From the NCBI GenBank assembly GCA_045615165.1, contig JAZLEH010000172.1, forward strand, positions 1 to 38,944: a DNA stretch of 38,944 bases, read 5' to 3'. Below the pieces are notes generated by a model. The model was not told where the DNA came from and made no database searches. It saw nothing but the letters and a program-made list of their open reading frames with translations. Both the position numbers and the translations under genes were made by a program. This stretch comes from Eubacteriales bacterium. GTDB taxonomy: Bacteria; Bacillota; Clostridia; Oscillospirales; CAG-272. The first letter of the stretch is position 1. Every line of letters starts with the position of its first letter. Positions 9,101 to 17,572 of the stretch are shown piece by piece.

Positions 9101-10510
9101 CTAAACGTTCGTTATATCGTCTATCTGCTTTTTTGCCCAACCCGATTTTTCGTAGTCGCCATTCGCGTTATAAACTCTGCGCATAACGTACGCGGCGGTG
9201 TAGCTCGAATTTTTCTCACCCGTCGAAATATCCTCGTACGCGCCGATAGCAATATAAGGAATGAAACGCATTCCGCGCGAAAGCGTATGCCAAGTGGTTT
9301 GCATAAAGCCGAAGAGCTCCTCGCTTTTTATGGTTTGAACACCTACCTCGACGACCTTTGCGCTCTTGTCGCGGTGGCATAGAAGAACGTCAAAGCCTGC
9401 GTTTTTGAGGGTGACGCAGGTTTCTACGGGAGGGATAACCGCATCGTATTGCCAGTCCGCTATGATTATGCTCCTGTCGAGCCTTCCTAACATATATTTT
9501 TCATCCTCGGGGGTGGGAGCGTTGCAGGTGTATAGGTTTCCTTTGTTATAGCTCTCGTGTCTGTGAATGAACATATCGCCCCAGGCAATCGCGCGCCTGC
9601 CTTTTTTGTTAAGCTCCGCGCTTATTTCGTTTATATATTCGGTTATAAAGTCGCACTCTTCCTTTGAATAATTGAATCCGTGCGCTTCGTCGCAGCCGAT
9701 GTGGAAGTATTTGCCTTCGCCGCAAAGCTCGATAAGCTCTTCTCTTGCCAAGCGAAGGAGCTCTCTGACTTTTTTCTTTTCTATCGCCCAGCACCAGCCG
9801 TTTTTGCTGAAGTACGAAGCGAGCGAAATATTCTGATCAAGCACTACGTGCTTTCCGTGCATTTCTCGCGAGAGGGATGCGTGTCCCCAGTGGTTGAACA
9901 TCGGAACTATTTCAAGACCTAAGTCACGCGCCTCGTTAATTATCGGGCGAAGCTCGTCTTTTGAGTAAGCTTCCTTCCAGCCAAGCTCACGCATACAGTC
10001 GAATTTGAGCATTCCCCAGAATTCTATTACGACGTGCGTGAATTTAAGCGCGGCGCATAATCTTAAAAACTTCTGTAATTCCCAAAGCTCTGTTTCCGGG
10101 AAAATGCAGAAATGCGCCATTCTGTTTTTTATAAGCGCGCTGTCACGTATCTCTGCGCACTCAATCTCTATCGCAAGCTCTTCGTTGTCGTCGATTGGAT
10201 CAAACCTGTCAAGAAGCGTCATAAAGCCCGCGAGCAAGGTCTTTTCGTCCTTAGCGTTTATCGCAACGCCGCTCTCTTCAATATTTATAGTGTATTCCGC
10301 ATCGTCGAGAGCGAGTGGCTTCGCATTGCCTATAATAAATGCGTAGTCCTTGATCTCCTTAACCTCAAGCGTAGAAGCGTGGCAGGAGTAATTATACCAA
10401 AACTCCTTTAGTACATCTTTATTTATAGAAGAATTTGCTGTGGCGCATATCTCTTTTGAAAATACGAACGCGCCGTCCTTTTTTACAAGATTCGTGGGCT
10501 GAAAGATCAT
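9101..10510 (-). CDS. GH20-like protein, class B (tandem paralog of 7482..8888)
   Basis: I prefer ATG 10510 (MIFQPTNLVKKDGAFVFSKE...). It has an AAGGAG Shine-Dalgarno 5 nt upstream and aligns with the start of the paralog (MVFNPRNLIKKDGAFVFSKE). The track start at 10543 would overlap the upstream gene. Motifs: NHWGHA, FHIGCDEAHGF. Confidence 0.6.
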   Translation of the reverse strand: MIFQPTNLVKKDGAFVFSKEICATANSSINKDVLKEFWYNYSCHASTLEVKEIKDYAFIIGNAKPLALDDAEYTINIEESGVAINAKDEKTLLAGFMTLLDRFDPIDDNEELAIEIECAEIRDSALIKNRMAHFCIFPETELWELQKFLRLCAALKFTHVVIEFWGMLKFDCMRELGWKEAYSKDELRPIINEARDLGLEIVPMFNHWGHASLSREMHGKHVVLDQNISLASYFSKNGWCWAIEKKKVRELLRLAREELIELCGEGKYFHIGCDEAHGFNYSKEECDFITEYINEISAELNKKGRRAIAWGDMFIHRHESYNKGNLYTCNAPTPEDEKYMLGRLDRSIIIADWQYDAVIPPVETCVTLKNAGFDVLLCHRDKSAKVVEVGVQTIKSEELFGFMQTTWHTLSRGMRFIPYIAIGAYEDISTGEKNSSYTAAYVMRRVYNANGDYEKSGWAKKQIDDITNV

Positions 10511-10521
10511 TTTTTCTCCTT

Positions 10522-12831
10522 TTATCTTTGTACGAGAGGACATTCTATTACACAGCGATGAACCGTTGTCGGACGGTAGGAAAGGATTCTGTCGGCTTTC
10601 TTCATCGCGTCTGCAAGATTTTCCTCGGTTATATTTTCGGGAACTTCAAAGTTTGAATCAGATCCCGTATATTTGTGTCCCTCTTCGCCGCAGAGCGCGT
10701 ATTTCTTCGACCAGTCGCACGCCTTTCCGTCTGCGGGGATCCATTTATAATTTTTACCGTTAAGTTTGATGCGAGTCATATTGCTTGCGCGAAGTGCATT
10801 CGCGGGGCAGGCCTTAACGCACTTGTCGCATCCGTCACAGCATTTTGAGTCTGCGAGTCTCTTTGCTTTAACTACCTCGTCAAGCGGAGCATCGGTAACG
10901 ATCGCGATAAAATCTTGGCTGAATCCGTGCTCCTCGGTATAACACATGCCGTTAACTGTGAGCTTTCCGATTCCTGCCTCAACCGCTTCAAGCTGATTAC
11001 AGAACGCATCGGGAAGCGCTCCTCTCGGAGTTCCCATATCGCCGCCGATACCCGTCAGGTTATAGGTCGCAACCGCCTTGTAGCCCTTTCCTGCAAGATA
11101 CTTTTCAACCTTGAATGATGCGTATGCAAGCTCAAAGGTTGTCTCGTATTTTGAGTACATATAAGGGCCAACCGCAAACGCAGGGGGCTTAATAGTCATT
11201 TTCTGCACGATCTCGGGGTAGTTTATGCCCATTATGATAACGCTCTTTGCATTTTCGAGATGGTCGGTCGTTTTATATATCTTTCTCGTATATGTCTTGG
11301 AGCTTGGCTCAAAGATATGGAATCTTGGAGTTTTGGATGCCATATCAATTATCTCTTCGCCTTCTTTGATCGGAACGAGCGCCTCTGCAAGCTTATCCAT
11401 TCTTTCTGCAGGGACGATCGCGTAAATATCGCTTCCTTCCTTTTCCATTATATCACAAATGTTATCGGTAATGCAATACTTAATATTATCAATCGGCTCG
11501 TTGAGCTCGTAATACTCGTATCGCGAAAGGGGGGCGTTCGTGAGCAATACTTCGGTAATGGTAATCTCGTTTTCCTTTTTCTCGATGCCTGCCGCCGCAA
11601 GATATGCATCGGTGTCTACCTCGGGGCTATTTAGCGTCTTATAACCGTAATCGTCAATGATTCTTGCAGCGTCAAGACGTGCAAATCCCGAGAAGTGCGC
11701 AAGGGCGGTCTGCTCGGCGCTTATAGTGCCGAAGCTCTCGTTGCCGTAACCGTTTCTTGCGTTTATTTTGTCGCCCTGTGCCTGAGCTGTTTTGATGGTC
11801 GAAATAGTCATAACGACAGCGCCGTTTGCATATTCGTAGGCATCCCTTGCCCTAAGCTTTTCAATATCCTTTTTGCCGAGGAAGACTATATTGTCTACGC
11901 TATAACGGGAAACAAAATTAACCACCTCGTCGTATAATTTTCTGTGAACGGGGAGATCAAGGTTGGCAACGCAATGCTTTATTCTCATCGGTGCTGAGGT
12001 GTGCTCACCGCCGTCGCTTCTTAAATGCTTGGGGAGGCAGAATTTAACACAGCATCCCATCTCTCCGCCGCGCATACCGTATTTATCGATGTTGTCGAGT
12101 ATAACCTGTTCGTCAACTACATCGGGAATTTCAAGGTCAAGATCAAGATCAAAATGCTCAGCCCACGCGCACCGCCAGAGGTTTTTGTTCGCAAATTTAA
12201 ACACTTTGTCCTCGACCTCAATCGTCTTAACTCCGTTGCATTCCTTGCGGTAAGCATCCGTCGGGCAATGCTTAATACACTCGCCGCACATATCGCAAAG
12301 CTTGGTTTCGACATACATCGGGGTGGGGGAGGGGGGCGCGTTCGTTATTATGGATATAAATCTGTTTCTCGGGCCGTATTCGGGCGACATTGTAAGTCCG
12401 TGCCAGCCAAGTTGTCCGAGTCCTGCACAGGTTGCTGCGTATATATGTGACATATCGGGGGCAAAGGTCGCGCTAAGCTCGCCAAACGGGCGGTATCTCC
12501 AGATGTTCGATGCGGCGATCGGAACAGCCTCGTACCCGAGCCTATCAAGATAACGCGCAACCCTAAATGCTATGTAATCAAGCTTTAAATTCATAACGTA
12601 CTGAATTGAGTACGGACCTATGATCTGCGGATGCTCCTCACCGCCAAGCTCCATCGCTTCGTCAAGATGGTGAATCGCGCACACGATAACGCTCTTTGCC
12701 GTCGGCAAAATACCCTGCGGGCTCATCATTATCGGCGCGTTTTTAAATCGGGATATCGGCGCGATTCCGACGATGTCCGCACCTATTTCATAAGCGCATG
12801 CTTTAACTTTAGAAGTAAGATTTGTGTTCAT
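10522..12831 (-). CDS. fused two-module RdhA/QueG-superfamily-like iron-sulfur protein
   Basis: 769 aa. Module 1 (about residues 1-300) has CAYEIGADIVGIAP, TAKSVIV, AATCAGLGQLGWHGLTMSPEYGP, then CDMCGECIKHCP plus further Cys residues. Module 2 (about residues 470-769) has NAKSVIIMGI, EAVEAGIGKL....EEHGF, then CDGCDKCVKACP and CVIECP. There is no Tat signal and no TM helix. The stop is 11 nt upstream of the next gene's ATG. Confidence 0.6.
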   Translation of the reverse strand: MNTNLTSKVKACAYEIGADIVGIAPISRFKNAPIMMSPQGILPTAKSVIVCAIHHLDEAMELGGEEHPQIIGPYSIQYVMNLKLDYIAFRVARYLDRLGYEAVPIAASNIWRYRPFGELSATFAPDMSHIYAATCAGLGQLGWHGLTMSPEYGPRNRFISIITNAPPSPTPMYVETKLCDMCGECIKHCPTDAYRKECNGVKTIEVEDKVFKFANKNLWRCAWAEHFDLDLDLEIPDVVDEQVILDNIDKYGMRGGEMGCCVKFCLPKHLRSDGGEHTSAPMRIKHCVANLDLPVHRKLYDEVVNFVSRYSVDNIVFLGKKDIEKLRARDAYEYANGAVVMTISTIKTAQAQGDKINARNGYGNESFGTISAEQTALAHFSGFARLDAARIIDDYGYKTLNSPEVDTDAYLAAAGIEKKENEITITEVLLTNAPLSRYEYYELNEPIDNIKYCITDNICDIMEKEGSDIYAIVPAERMDKLAEALVPIKEGEEIIDMASKTPRFHIFEPSSKTYTRKIYKTTDHLENAKSVIIMGINYPEIVQKMTIKPPAFAVGPYMYSKYETTFELAYASFKVEKYLAGKGYKAVATYNLTGIGGDMGTPRGALPDAFCNQLEAVEAGIGKLTVNGMCYTEEHGFSQDFIAIVTDAPLDEVVKAKRLADSKCCDGCDKCVKACPANALRASNMTRIKLNGKNYKWIPADGKACDWSKKYALCGEEGHKYTGSDSNFEVPENITEENLADAMKKADRILSYRPTTVHRCVIECPLVQR

Positions 12832-12913
12832 TTTGAAAATTCTTCCTTTCCTTGTATAGTTATATTATACCAGTAAAAAAGAGTTGTTACAATGTTTTTT
12901 CTTTTCATAAATG

Positions 12914-12942
12914 TTGACTTTTCGTTCAACCTATGATATACT
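12914..12942 (+). promoter_or_regulatory. sigmaA-type promoter of the AraC-family gene
   Basis: TTGACT (12914..12919), 17-nt spacer, TATACT (12937..12942). It lies 30 nt upstream of ATG 12973. Confidence 0.55.
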
Positions 12943-12972
12943 CAAGCATATAAATGATTTCGGAGATAAGCT

Positions 12973-13722
12973 ATGATCTACGATTTTGAAGAGCTTTTGT
13001 TTCAAATAAAAGACGTGTGCAGGATCGATCATCCAAAGGGCACGTTTAAGGTGCGCCCAAGACCGTATGCGGCACTTTCGTACAGAGTTTCGGGGTGCGG
13101 CGATTTTATTTTCGGCGGGGAAAGAGTCGTTTCGGATGCAGGCGATATTCTTTTTATACCGGAAGGGGTTTCATACGACGTTTCCTATTCCGGCGGAACG
13201 ATGATCGTCGTTCATTTCCACGATTGCAATTACCATATTCCCGAAAATATTTCGTTTGCCAACAAAGCTTATATGGCAGACGTGTTCTTCGATCTTTTGA
13301 AGGAGTGGGAAAGCAGGCGCTCGACACACGTTGTCAAGTCCACGGTATATAGCATTATGCAGTTTTGCAGTGAATCAAATCAAAAGGAGCATTCAATTCA
13401 TTCCGCAGAGCTTGCAAAGCAGATCATAGATAACGGCTTCCGCGATTCCGAGTTCAGTGTCAACTCGCTTGTTCAAATGCTTTATACAAGCTATCCCACC
13501 TTGCGCCGCAATTTTTTAAAGCGATACGGTATGCCCCCGAAGCAATATCTTCTGAAATTGCGCCTTGATACCGCCGTCACTCTCTTGTCCGAGGGGTTTT
13601 TATCGGTTCAGGAAATTTCGAAAAGATGCGGATTTGACGATGCGCGCCATTTTTCGCAGATATTTAAGGAAAAATACGGAGTCTCGCCATCTAAAGTATC
13701 GCACAATTTATTGTTAAAATGA
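12973..13722 (+). CDS. AraC-family transcriptional regulator (cupin-like sensor + HTH)
   Basis: 249 aa. The N-terminal beta-rich region has GDILFIPEGVSY. The C-terminal dual-HTH signature is TLRRNFLKRYGMPPKQYLLKLRLDTA...VQEISKRCGFDDARHFSQIFKEKYGVSP. It is divergent from the RdhA-like/GH20-like operon. Confidence 0.9.
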   Translation: MIYDFEELLFQIKDVCRIDHPKGTFKVRPRPYAALSYRVSGCGDFIFGGERVVSDAGDILFIPEGVSYDVSYSGGTMIVVHFHDCNYHIPENISFANKAYMADVFFDLLKEWESRRSTHVVKSTVYSIMQFCSESNQKEHSIHSAELAKQIIDNGFRDSEFSVNSLVQMLYTSYPTLRRNFLKRYGMPPKQYLLKLRLDTAVTLLSEGFLSVQEISKRCGFDDARHFSQIFKEKYGVSPSKVSHNLLLK

Positions 13723-13752
13723 AAAAACGCCTCATATTTGAGGCGTTTTTTT
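13723..13752. terminator. bidirectional intrinsic terminator
   Basis: AAAAA-ACGCCTCA-TATT-TGAGGCGT-TTTTTT, lying between the convergent stops at 13722 (+) and 13754 (-). Confidence 0.85.
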
Positions 13753-13753
13753 G

Positions 13754-14251
13754 TTAAAGATCTGCTATCATTTGTGAGCGGCTGTGCTTGTCAAGCTTCT
13801 TGTAATCGGTGATAATGTATCTGTTATCATCCGAGTCGCGAACTCTGACTCTGCCGTCGGAATAAACTCTGACGTCGTGGTTTCTGTTGCGGATATCGAA
13901 TTCCTTATATCCGCGCTCGGTCTCGATCGCCCAATGAACCTTACCGTTCTTCTCGCTTACGGAATAGATCTTAAGAATATGAGGAACGAGATAATAGTCG
14001 TCAAGGCTATACTGAACTATATCGCGCGACTCCTTGTTAAGATCGGTCATATTTCTTATAACTGCGACCTCGACTCCTTCCTCGTTAAGAAGCGTTATGT
14101 AGTTATCAGCGCGGCTAACGGGGAAGAGCCTTCTCGGCTCAAGCCTTTCATAGAGGTCACCACCCTCGGTCTTAAGGTCAACGAGGTTGTTTTCGTTTAT
14201 GGTTATCGTGTCGTTTTCAGTAACGTAAAATCTTTTTGAAGGCGAACTCAT
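13754..14251 (-). CDS. DUF1854 domain protein (ABC-transporter-associated)
   Basis: 165 aa. Size, sequence character (LEPRRLFPVS....YITL.....EVAVI) and position right after an ABC ATPase/permease gene match my recollection of DUF1854. Its ATG overlaps the upstream stop as ATGA (14248..14251). Confidence 0.6.
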   Translation of the reverse strand: MSSPSKRFYVTENDTITINENNLVDLKTEGGDLYERLEPRRLFPVSRADNYITLLNEEGVEVAVIRNMTDLNKESRDIVQYSLDDYYLVPHILKIYSVSEKNGKVHWAIETERGYKEFDIRNRNHDVRVYSDGRVRVRDSDDNRYIITDYKKLDKHSRSQMIADL

Positions 14252-16569
14252 AATCTTTCCTCCTCGCGCATTTTTTCTGCATCCTGCGCCATTGACTGAA
14301 TCTGAACGAGCTTGTAATACTTGCCCTTAAGAGCCATAAGCTCCTCGGGTGAGCCGTTCTCGATGATCTTACCGTTGTCAACGACTATGATGCGGTTCGC
14401 TCTCTTAAGGGTGGAGAGTCTGTGCGCGATCATAAGGGTCGTCTTACCCTCGATAAGTCTGTCGATAGCCTCTTGGATAAGGTGCTCTGTCTCGGAGTCA
14501 ACGGCGGCGGTAGCCTCGTCGAATATAAGGATAGACGGGGATTTAAGAACCGCTCTCGCGATCGAGATCCTCTGCTTTTCACCACCGGAAACTCCGACGC
14601 CCCTCTCACCGAGAACGGTGTCGTACGAGTCGGGCTGGCGAGCGATGAATCCGTGCGCGTTCGCAATATCTGCGGCGTTGATAACGTCCTCAACCGAGGC
14701 GTTCGGATTCGAATAAGCGATGTTGTTGAATATCGTGTCGCTGAACATCATCGGCTCTTGCTGAACGTAACCGATCTGCTCACGGTATGCCGAGAGGTCA
14801 AAGTTTTTAATGTTGTGACCGTCTACGAGGATTTCTCCCGAATATCCGTCGTAGAATCTCATAAGGAGGTTGACGAGGGTCGATTTACCCGAACCTGTAG
14901 TACCTACGATACCGACGATTTCACCCGGGTTGATCGTAAGAGTAACGTCGTCAAGAACCTTTTTGGTTCTGTCAAACGAGAATCCAACGTGAAGGAACTC
15001 GATCTTACCCTCAAGCTTATCGGGAACGGTGTGTGCCTCAGCCTCATGCTCGGGCTCGGCTTCAAGTATGTCAAGAATCTTTTCGGTTGAAGCAAGCGCT
15101 CCCTGGAACGAGTCGGAGAGGTTTGCGAAGAAGGTTACGGGGTTATAGAACATTGATGCGTACGAAATGAACGCAACGATAAGACCTGCGGAATATCCGT
15201 TATCGCCGTTGATAACTCTCGTACCGCCGATTCCCCATATAATGAGCGAACCGCAGGTAACGAGGAAGGCGATGATCTGCGGGAACGCAGTCGCAAGCTT
15301 ACCGATCTTAAGGTCCATCTGAAGCCAGTCTTGATTCTTCTCCTCAAACTTATCAGCCTGTCTCTTCTCACCCGTAAAGGATTTAACTACCTTGATGCAG
15401 GGGATCGTGTCTGAGAGGGTAGAGAGAACCGCCGTGCCGCGTCTCCAGAGTCTGCGGTAATAGGGCTGGATCTTCTTTGAGAATATTCTCGTCGCAATAA
15501 CGATGAAAACGACGGGAATAAGAGAGAGAAGGGTAAGCTCGGGATTGAGCGCAAGCATTATGATTACGATACCGACGAGCTGGAAGGCGTGAACGACCGC
15601 CTCCTGCGTGATTCGGAGCATAAAGTTTTTAAGCGTAGTAGCATCACTTGAAATTCTGTTTATAACCGAACCCGTAGAGGTCTTATCGTAAAACTTCATC
15701 GGCAGGTATTGCGCTTTCAAGTAAATATCGGTACGAAGTGCAGCTATCGCCTTATCACCTGCGGTACGCATAAGATATGCGCGAATAATACCTACTCCGT
15801 ATTGGAAAAGATATGTGAACAAAAGGCAGGCGATCATCGTCATCAGCATTGTGAATTGCGATTTTCCGAATATCGTTGCGATTTTTGCAAGGATCGGCAC
15901 GCTTGCCGTTCCTCCGTCCTTCGGGAAGACTGCGTCAACGATGAATCCCGTGATCGTCGGCGGGATAAGAGATACCGCCGTGGTTATGAGTGAGAGGAAT
16001 ATACAGATGATGATCGTTTTCATCTGCGGCATTATGTATTTTGAAAGCTGTTTTACAATCTTGATCTTCGAGCGGCACATAATGCACTCTGCACCGGGGT
16101 GAAGAAGCGTTCTTCCGCACTTCGGGCAGACCGAGAGCGCGCGCTCAAAGGTGATTGCCATAATGGCAAGCTCTTCGTTTCTGTCCGCATCCTCGTTGAT
16201 GTGGTTTATGTAGAGGGCTGCCGCATCGCAAAGTGATGCGATCGCGTAAGTGTAACGGAAGAATACGACGCGCTTTCCGTCCGGCATCTTCGCCGAAAGA
16301 GTAGCGTTACCGTACATACGCTTGGAGATGACCTCGGTCATATCCTTATAAAAATAGCGCTTCTCTTCGCCGGGCACTCCGTCATAGCTGATAACGGAAT
16401 CCTCGGTGAAAATAAGCGCAGTCTCAGCGTATCTTCCCTTAAGCGACAAATCGCCGACAATGACGAAAAGAACCTTTTCGCCACCATTCTGTAAATCGTC
16501 AACGATTGGCTGAACACAACCCGGAATCTCTCTGTTTTTAAGTATAAAACTACTCATACTTAATACCAT
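14248..16569 (-). CDS. ABC transporter permease/ATP-binding protein with an N-terminal extension of about 180 aa carrying a CxxC...CxxC zinc ribbon
   Basis: The NBD has Walker A GTTGSGKST, signature VSGGEKQR and Walker B ILIFDEATAAVD. Six-helix TMD. The N-terminal soluble domain ends in CPKCGRTLLHPGAECIMC. I prefer the start at ATG 16569 (GGAG 6 nt upstream). The track ORF extends to 16590. Confidence 0.85.
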   Translation of the reverse strand: MVLSMSSFILKNREIPGCVQPIVDDLQNGGEKVLFVIVGDLSLKGRYAETALIFTEDSVISYDGVPGEEKRYFYKDMTEVISKRMYGNATLSAKMPDGKRVVFFRYTYAIASLCDAAALYINHINEDADRNEELAIMAITFERALSVCPKCGRTLLHPGAECIMCRSKIKIVKQLSKYIMPQMKTIIICIFLSLITTAVSLIPPTITGFIVDAVFPKDGGTASVPILAKIATIFGKSQFTMLMTMIACLLFTYLFQYGVGIIRAYLMRTAGDKAIAALRTDIYLKAQYLPMKFYDKTSTGSVINRISSDATTLKNFMLRITQEAVVHAFQLVGIVIIMLALNPELTLLSLIPVVFIVIATRIFSKKIQPYYRRLWRRGTAVLSTLSDTIPCIKVVKSFTGEKRQADKFEEKNQDWLQMDLKIGKLATAFPQIIAFLVTCGSLIIWGIGGTRVINGDNGYSAGLIVAFISYASMFYNPVTFFANLSDSFQGALASTEKILDILEAEPEHEAEAHTVPDKLEGKIEFLHVGFSFDRTKKVLDDVTLTINPGEIVGIVGTTGSGKSTLVNLLMRFYDGYSGEILVDGHNIKNFDLSAYREQIGYVQQEPMMFSDTIFNNIAYSNPNASVEDVINAADIANAHGFIARQPDSYDTVLGERGVGVSGGEKQRISIARAVLKSPSILIFDEATAAVDSETEHLIQEAIDRLIEGKTTLMIAHRLSTLKRANRIIVVDNGKIIENGSPEELMALKGKYYKLVQIQSMAQDAEKMREEERL

Positions 16570-16677
16570 ACCTTTCTCCGTATGCTTCATCCGGAGCGCC
16601 GTTTTTATAGGGCGACTACCGAAGCTTTATTATCCCCATACCCGTGTAAAATGTTTACGCGTGTGATTGGTTACCTC

Positions 16678-16706
16678 ATCATAACATATATTTATAGATT
16701 TTGCAA
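16678..16706 (-). promoter_or_regulatory. sigmaA-type promoter of the ABC/DUF1854 operon
   Basis: On the minus strand: TTGCAA (16706..16701), 17-nt spacer, TATGAT (16683..16678). This implies a leader of about 100 nt. Confidence 0.5.
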
Positions 16707-16726
16707 TACAAAAATGAAAAAAAGTT

Positions 16727-16759
16727 GAAAAAAATTCACCTCTTTCGAAAAAGAGGTGA
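16727..16759 (-). terminator. intrinsic terminator after the membrane-protein gene
   Basis: 10-bp stem TCACCTCTTT / AAAGAGGTGA with a 4-nt loop, followed on the minus strand by a T-run. It lies 9 nt after stop 16768. Confidence 0.8.
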
Positions 16760-16767
16760 TCAAGCGA

Positions 16768-17571
16768 TTATTTTGCCTGTTTTTTGGAAAATTTTACCCG
16801 TAAAACGAGGAACGCAACCCACGCGAAAACAGAGGATAGCAGGATCGCGGCTACCGTTAAAACGATTATAAGGAAAAATTCCGTAGTAAGTATGCAGACG
16901 AGCGCATCAAGAAGAAACGAGCTTAAGAACGCCTCGTCGCTAAAGGGGAACATAAGATAATGCATCTTTCCCCATAATGAATAAAAGAAGCTCTCGCCGC
17001 GTCCGCGAGAAATATAAGCCCACGCGCAGAATACCGCCGCAAAAGCCGCGATTAAGGCGTAAGTTATTCCCGTGTATTTCAAAGCCTGCTTAGGGTCAGC
17101 CCTTTTTATCATTATGATTATAAGGGCGAGCATCAGTATTCCGACGGGGATAAGGGAGATGAGAGCCGCGTGCAAAAGCTCGCGCACAAATTCCATGTGC
17201 CTTATCGCCTGCTCTCCGAATATTGAAACGCCGTCCTCGTATTTCTCGCTCTCAAGGTTATATACTCCGTCGAGCTTAAGATCGAACGACTCCATATCGG
17301 TATAAAGGTATTCGGTTATATGCTCAACGATAAGGTCGAGCTGACCGTCTGTCAGAAGCGCGCTTTTGTTAACGTCGCCTCCGATATAGTCTATTATTCT
17401 GTATCTCGTCCTTCCGCTTTCGGTGACGGTGGAATATACGCCCGCCTCGCTTAATACCGCGCGGTAAACCGCGGGTGACGAGGAGATCACCCCAACGCTT
17501 GCAACTATCACAAACCATATGATCGCAAGGTTAAGGACGATAATTGAAAATAAGTCAAGCGCTCTTTTCAT
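16768..17571 (-). CDS. integral membrane protein, tentatively TIGR01906/DUF1461-like
   Basis: 267 aa. One N-terminal TM helix, an extracytoplasmic loop of about 110 aa, then several C-terminal TM helices. The segment FGEQAIRHMEFVRELL resembles the H-M-x-D/E-V-(K/R)-x-L signature I recall for that family. The assignment is tentative. Confidence 0.4.
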   Translation of the reverse strand: MKRALDLFSIIVLNLAIIWFVIVASVGVISSSPAVYRAVLSEAGVYSTVTESGRTRYRIIDYIGGDVNKSALLTDGQLDLIVEHITEYLYTDMESFDLKLDGVYNLESEKYEDGVSIFGEQAIRHMEFVRELLHAALISLIPVGILMLALIIIMIKRADPKQALKYTGITYALIAAFAAVFCAWAYISRGRGESFFYSLWGKMHYLMFPFSDEAFLSSFLLDALVCILTTEFFLIIVLTVAAILLSSVFAWVAFLVLRVKFSKKQAK

Positions 17572-17572
17572 A

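Noticed and set aside
9101-10543. Longer N-terminal extensions offered by the track for several genes: 10543, 34498, 35510 (TTG), 21709, 26473, 28325, 20476 (GTG), 25730 (TTG) and 16590
   Set aside because: The extensions overlap upstream genes or run through the Shine-Dalgarno. Internal ATGs have better RBS spacing and align with paralog N-termini. The start choices remain predictions.
12832-12972. Cobalamin riboswitch or other large leader upstream of the RdhA-like operons (also 35499..35614)
   Set aside because: Both intergenic regions are short (141 and 116 nt), AT-rich and taken up by divergent promoters. There is no room or motif for a B12 element.
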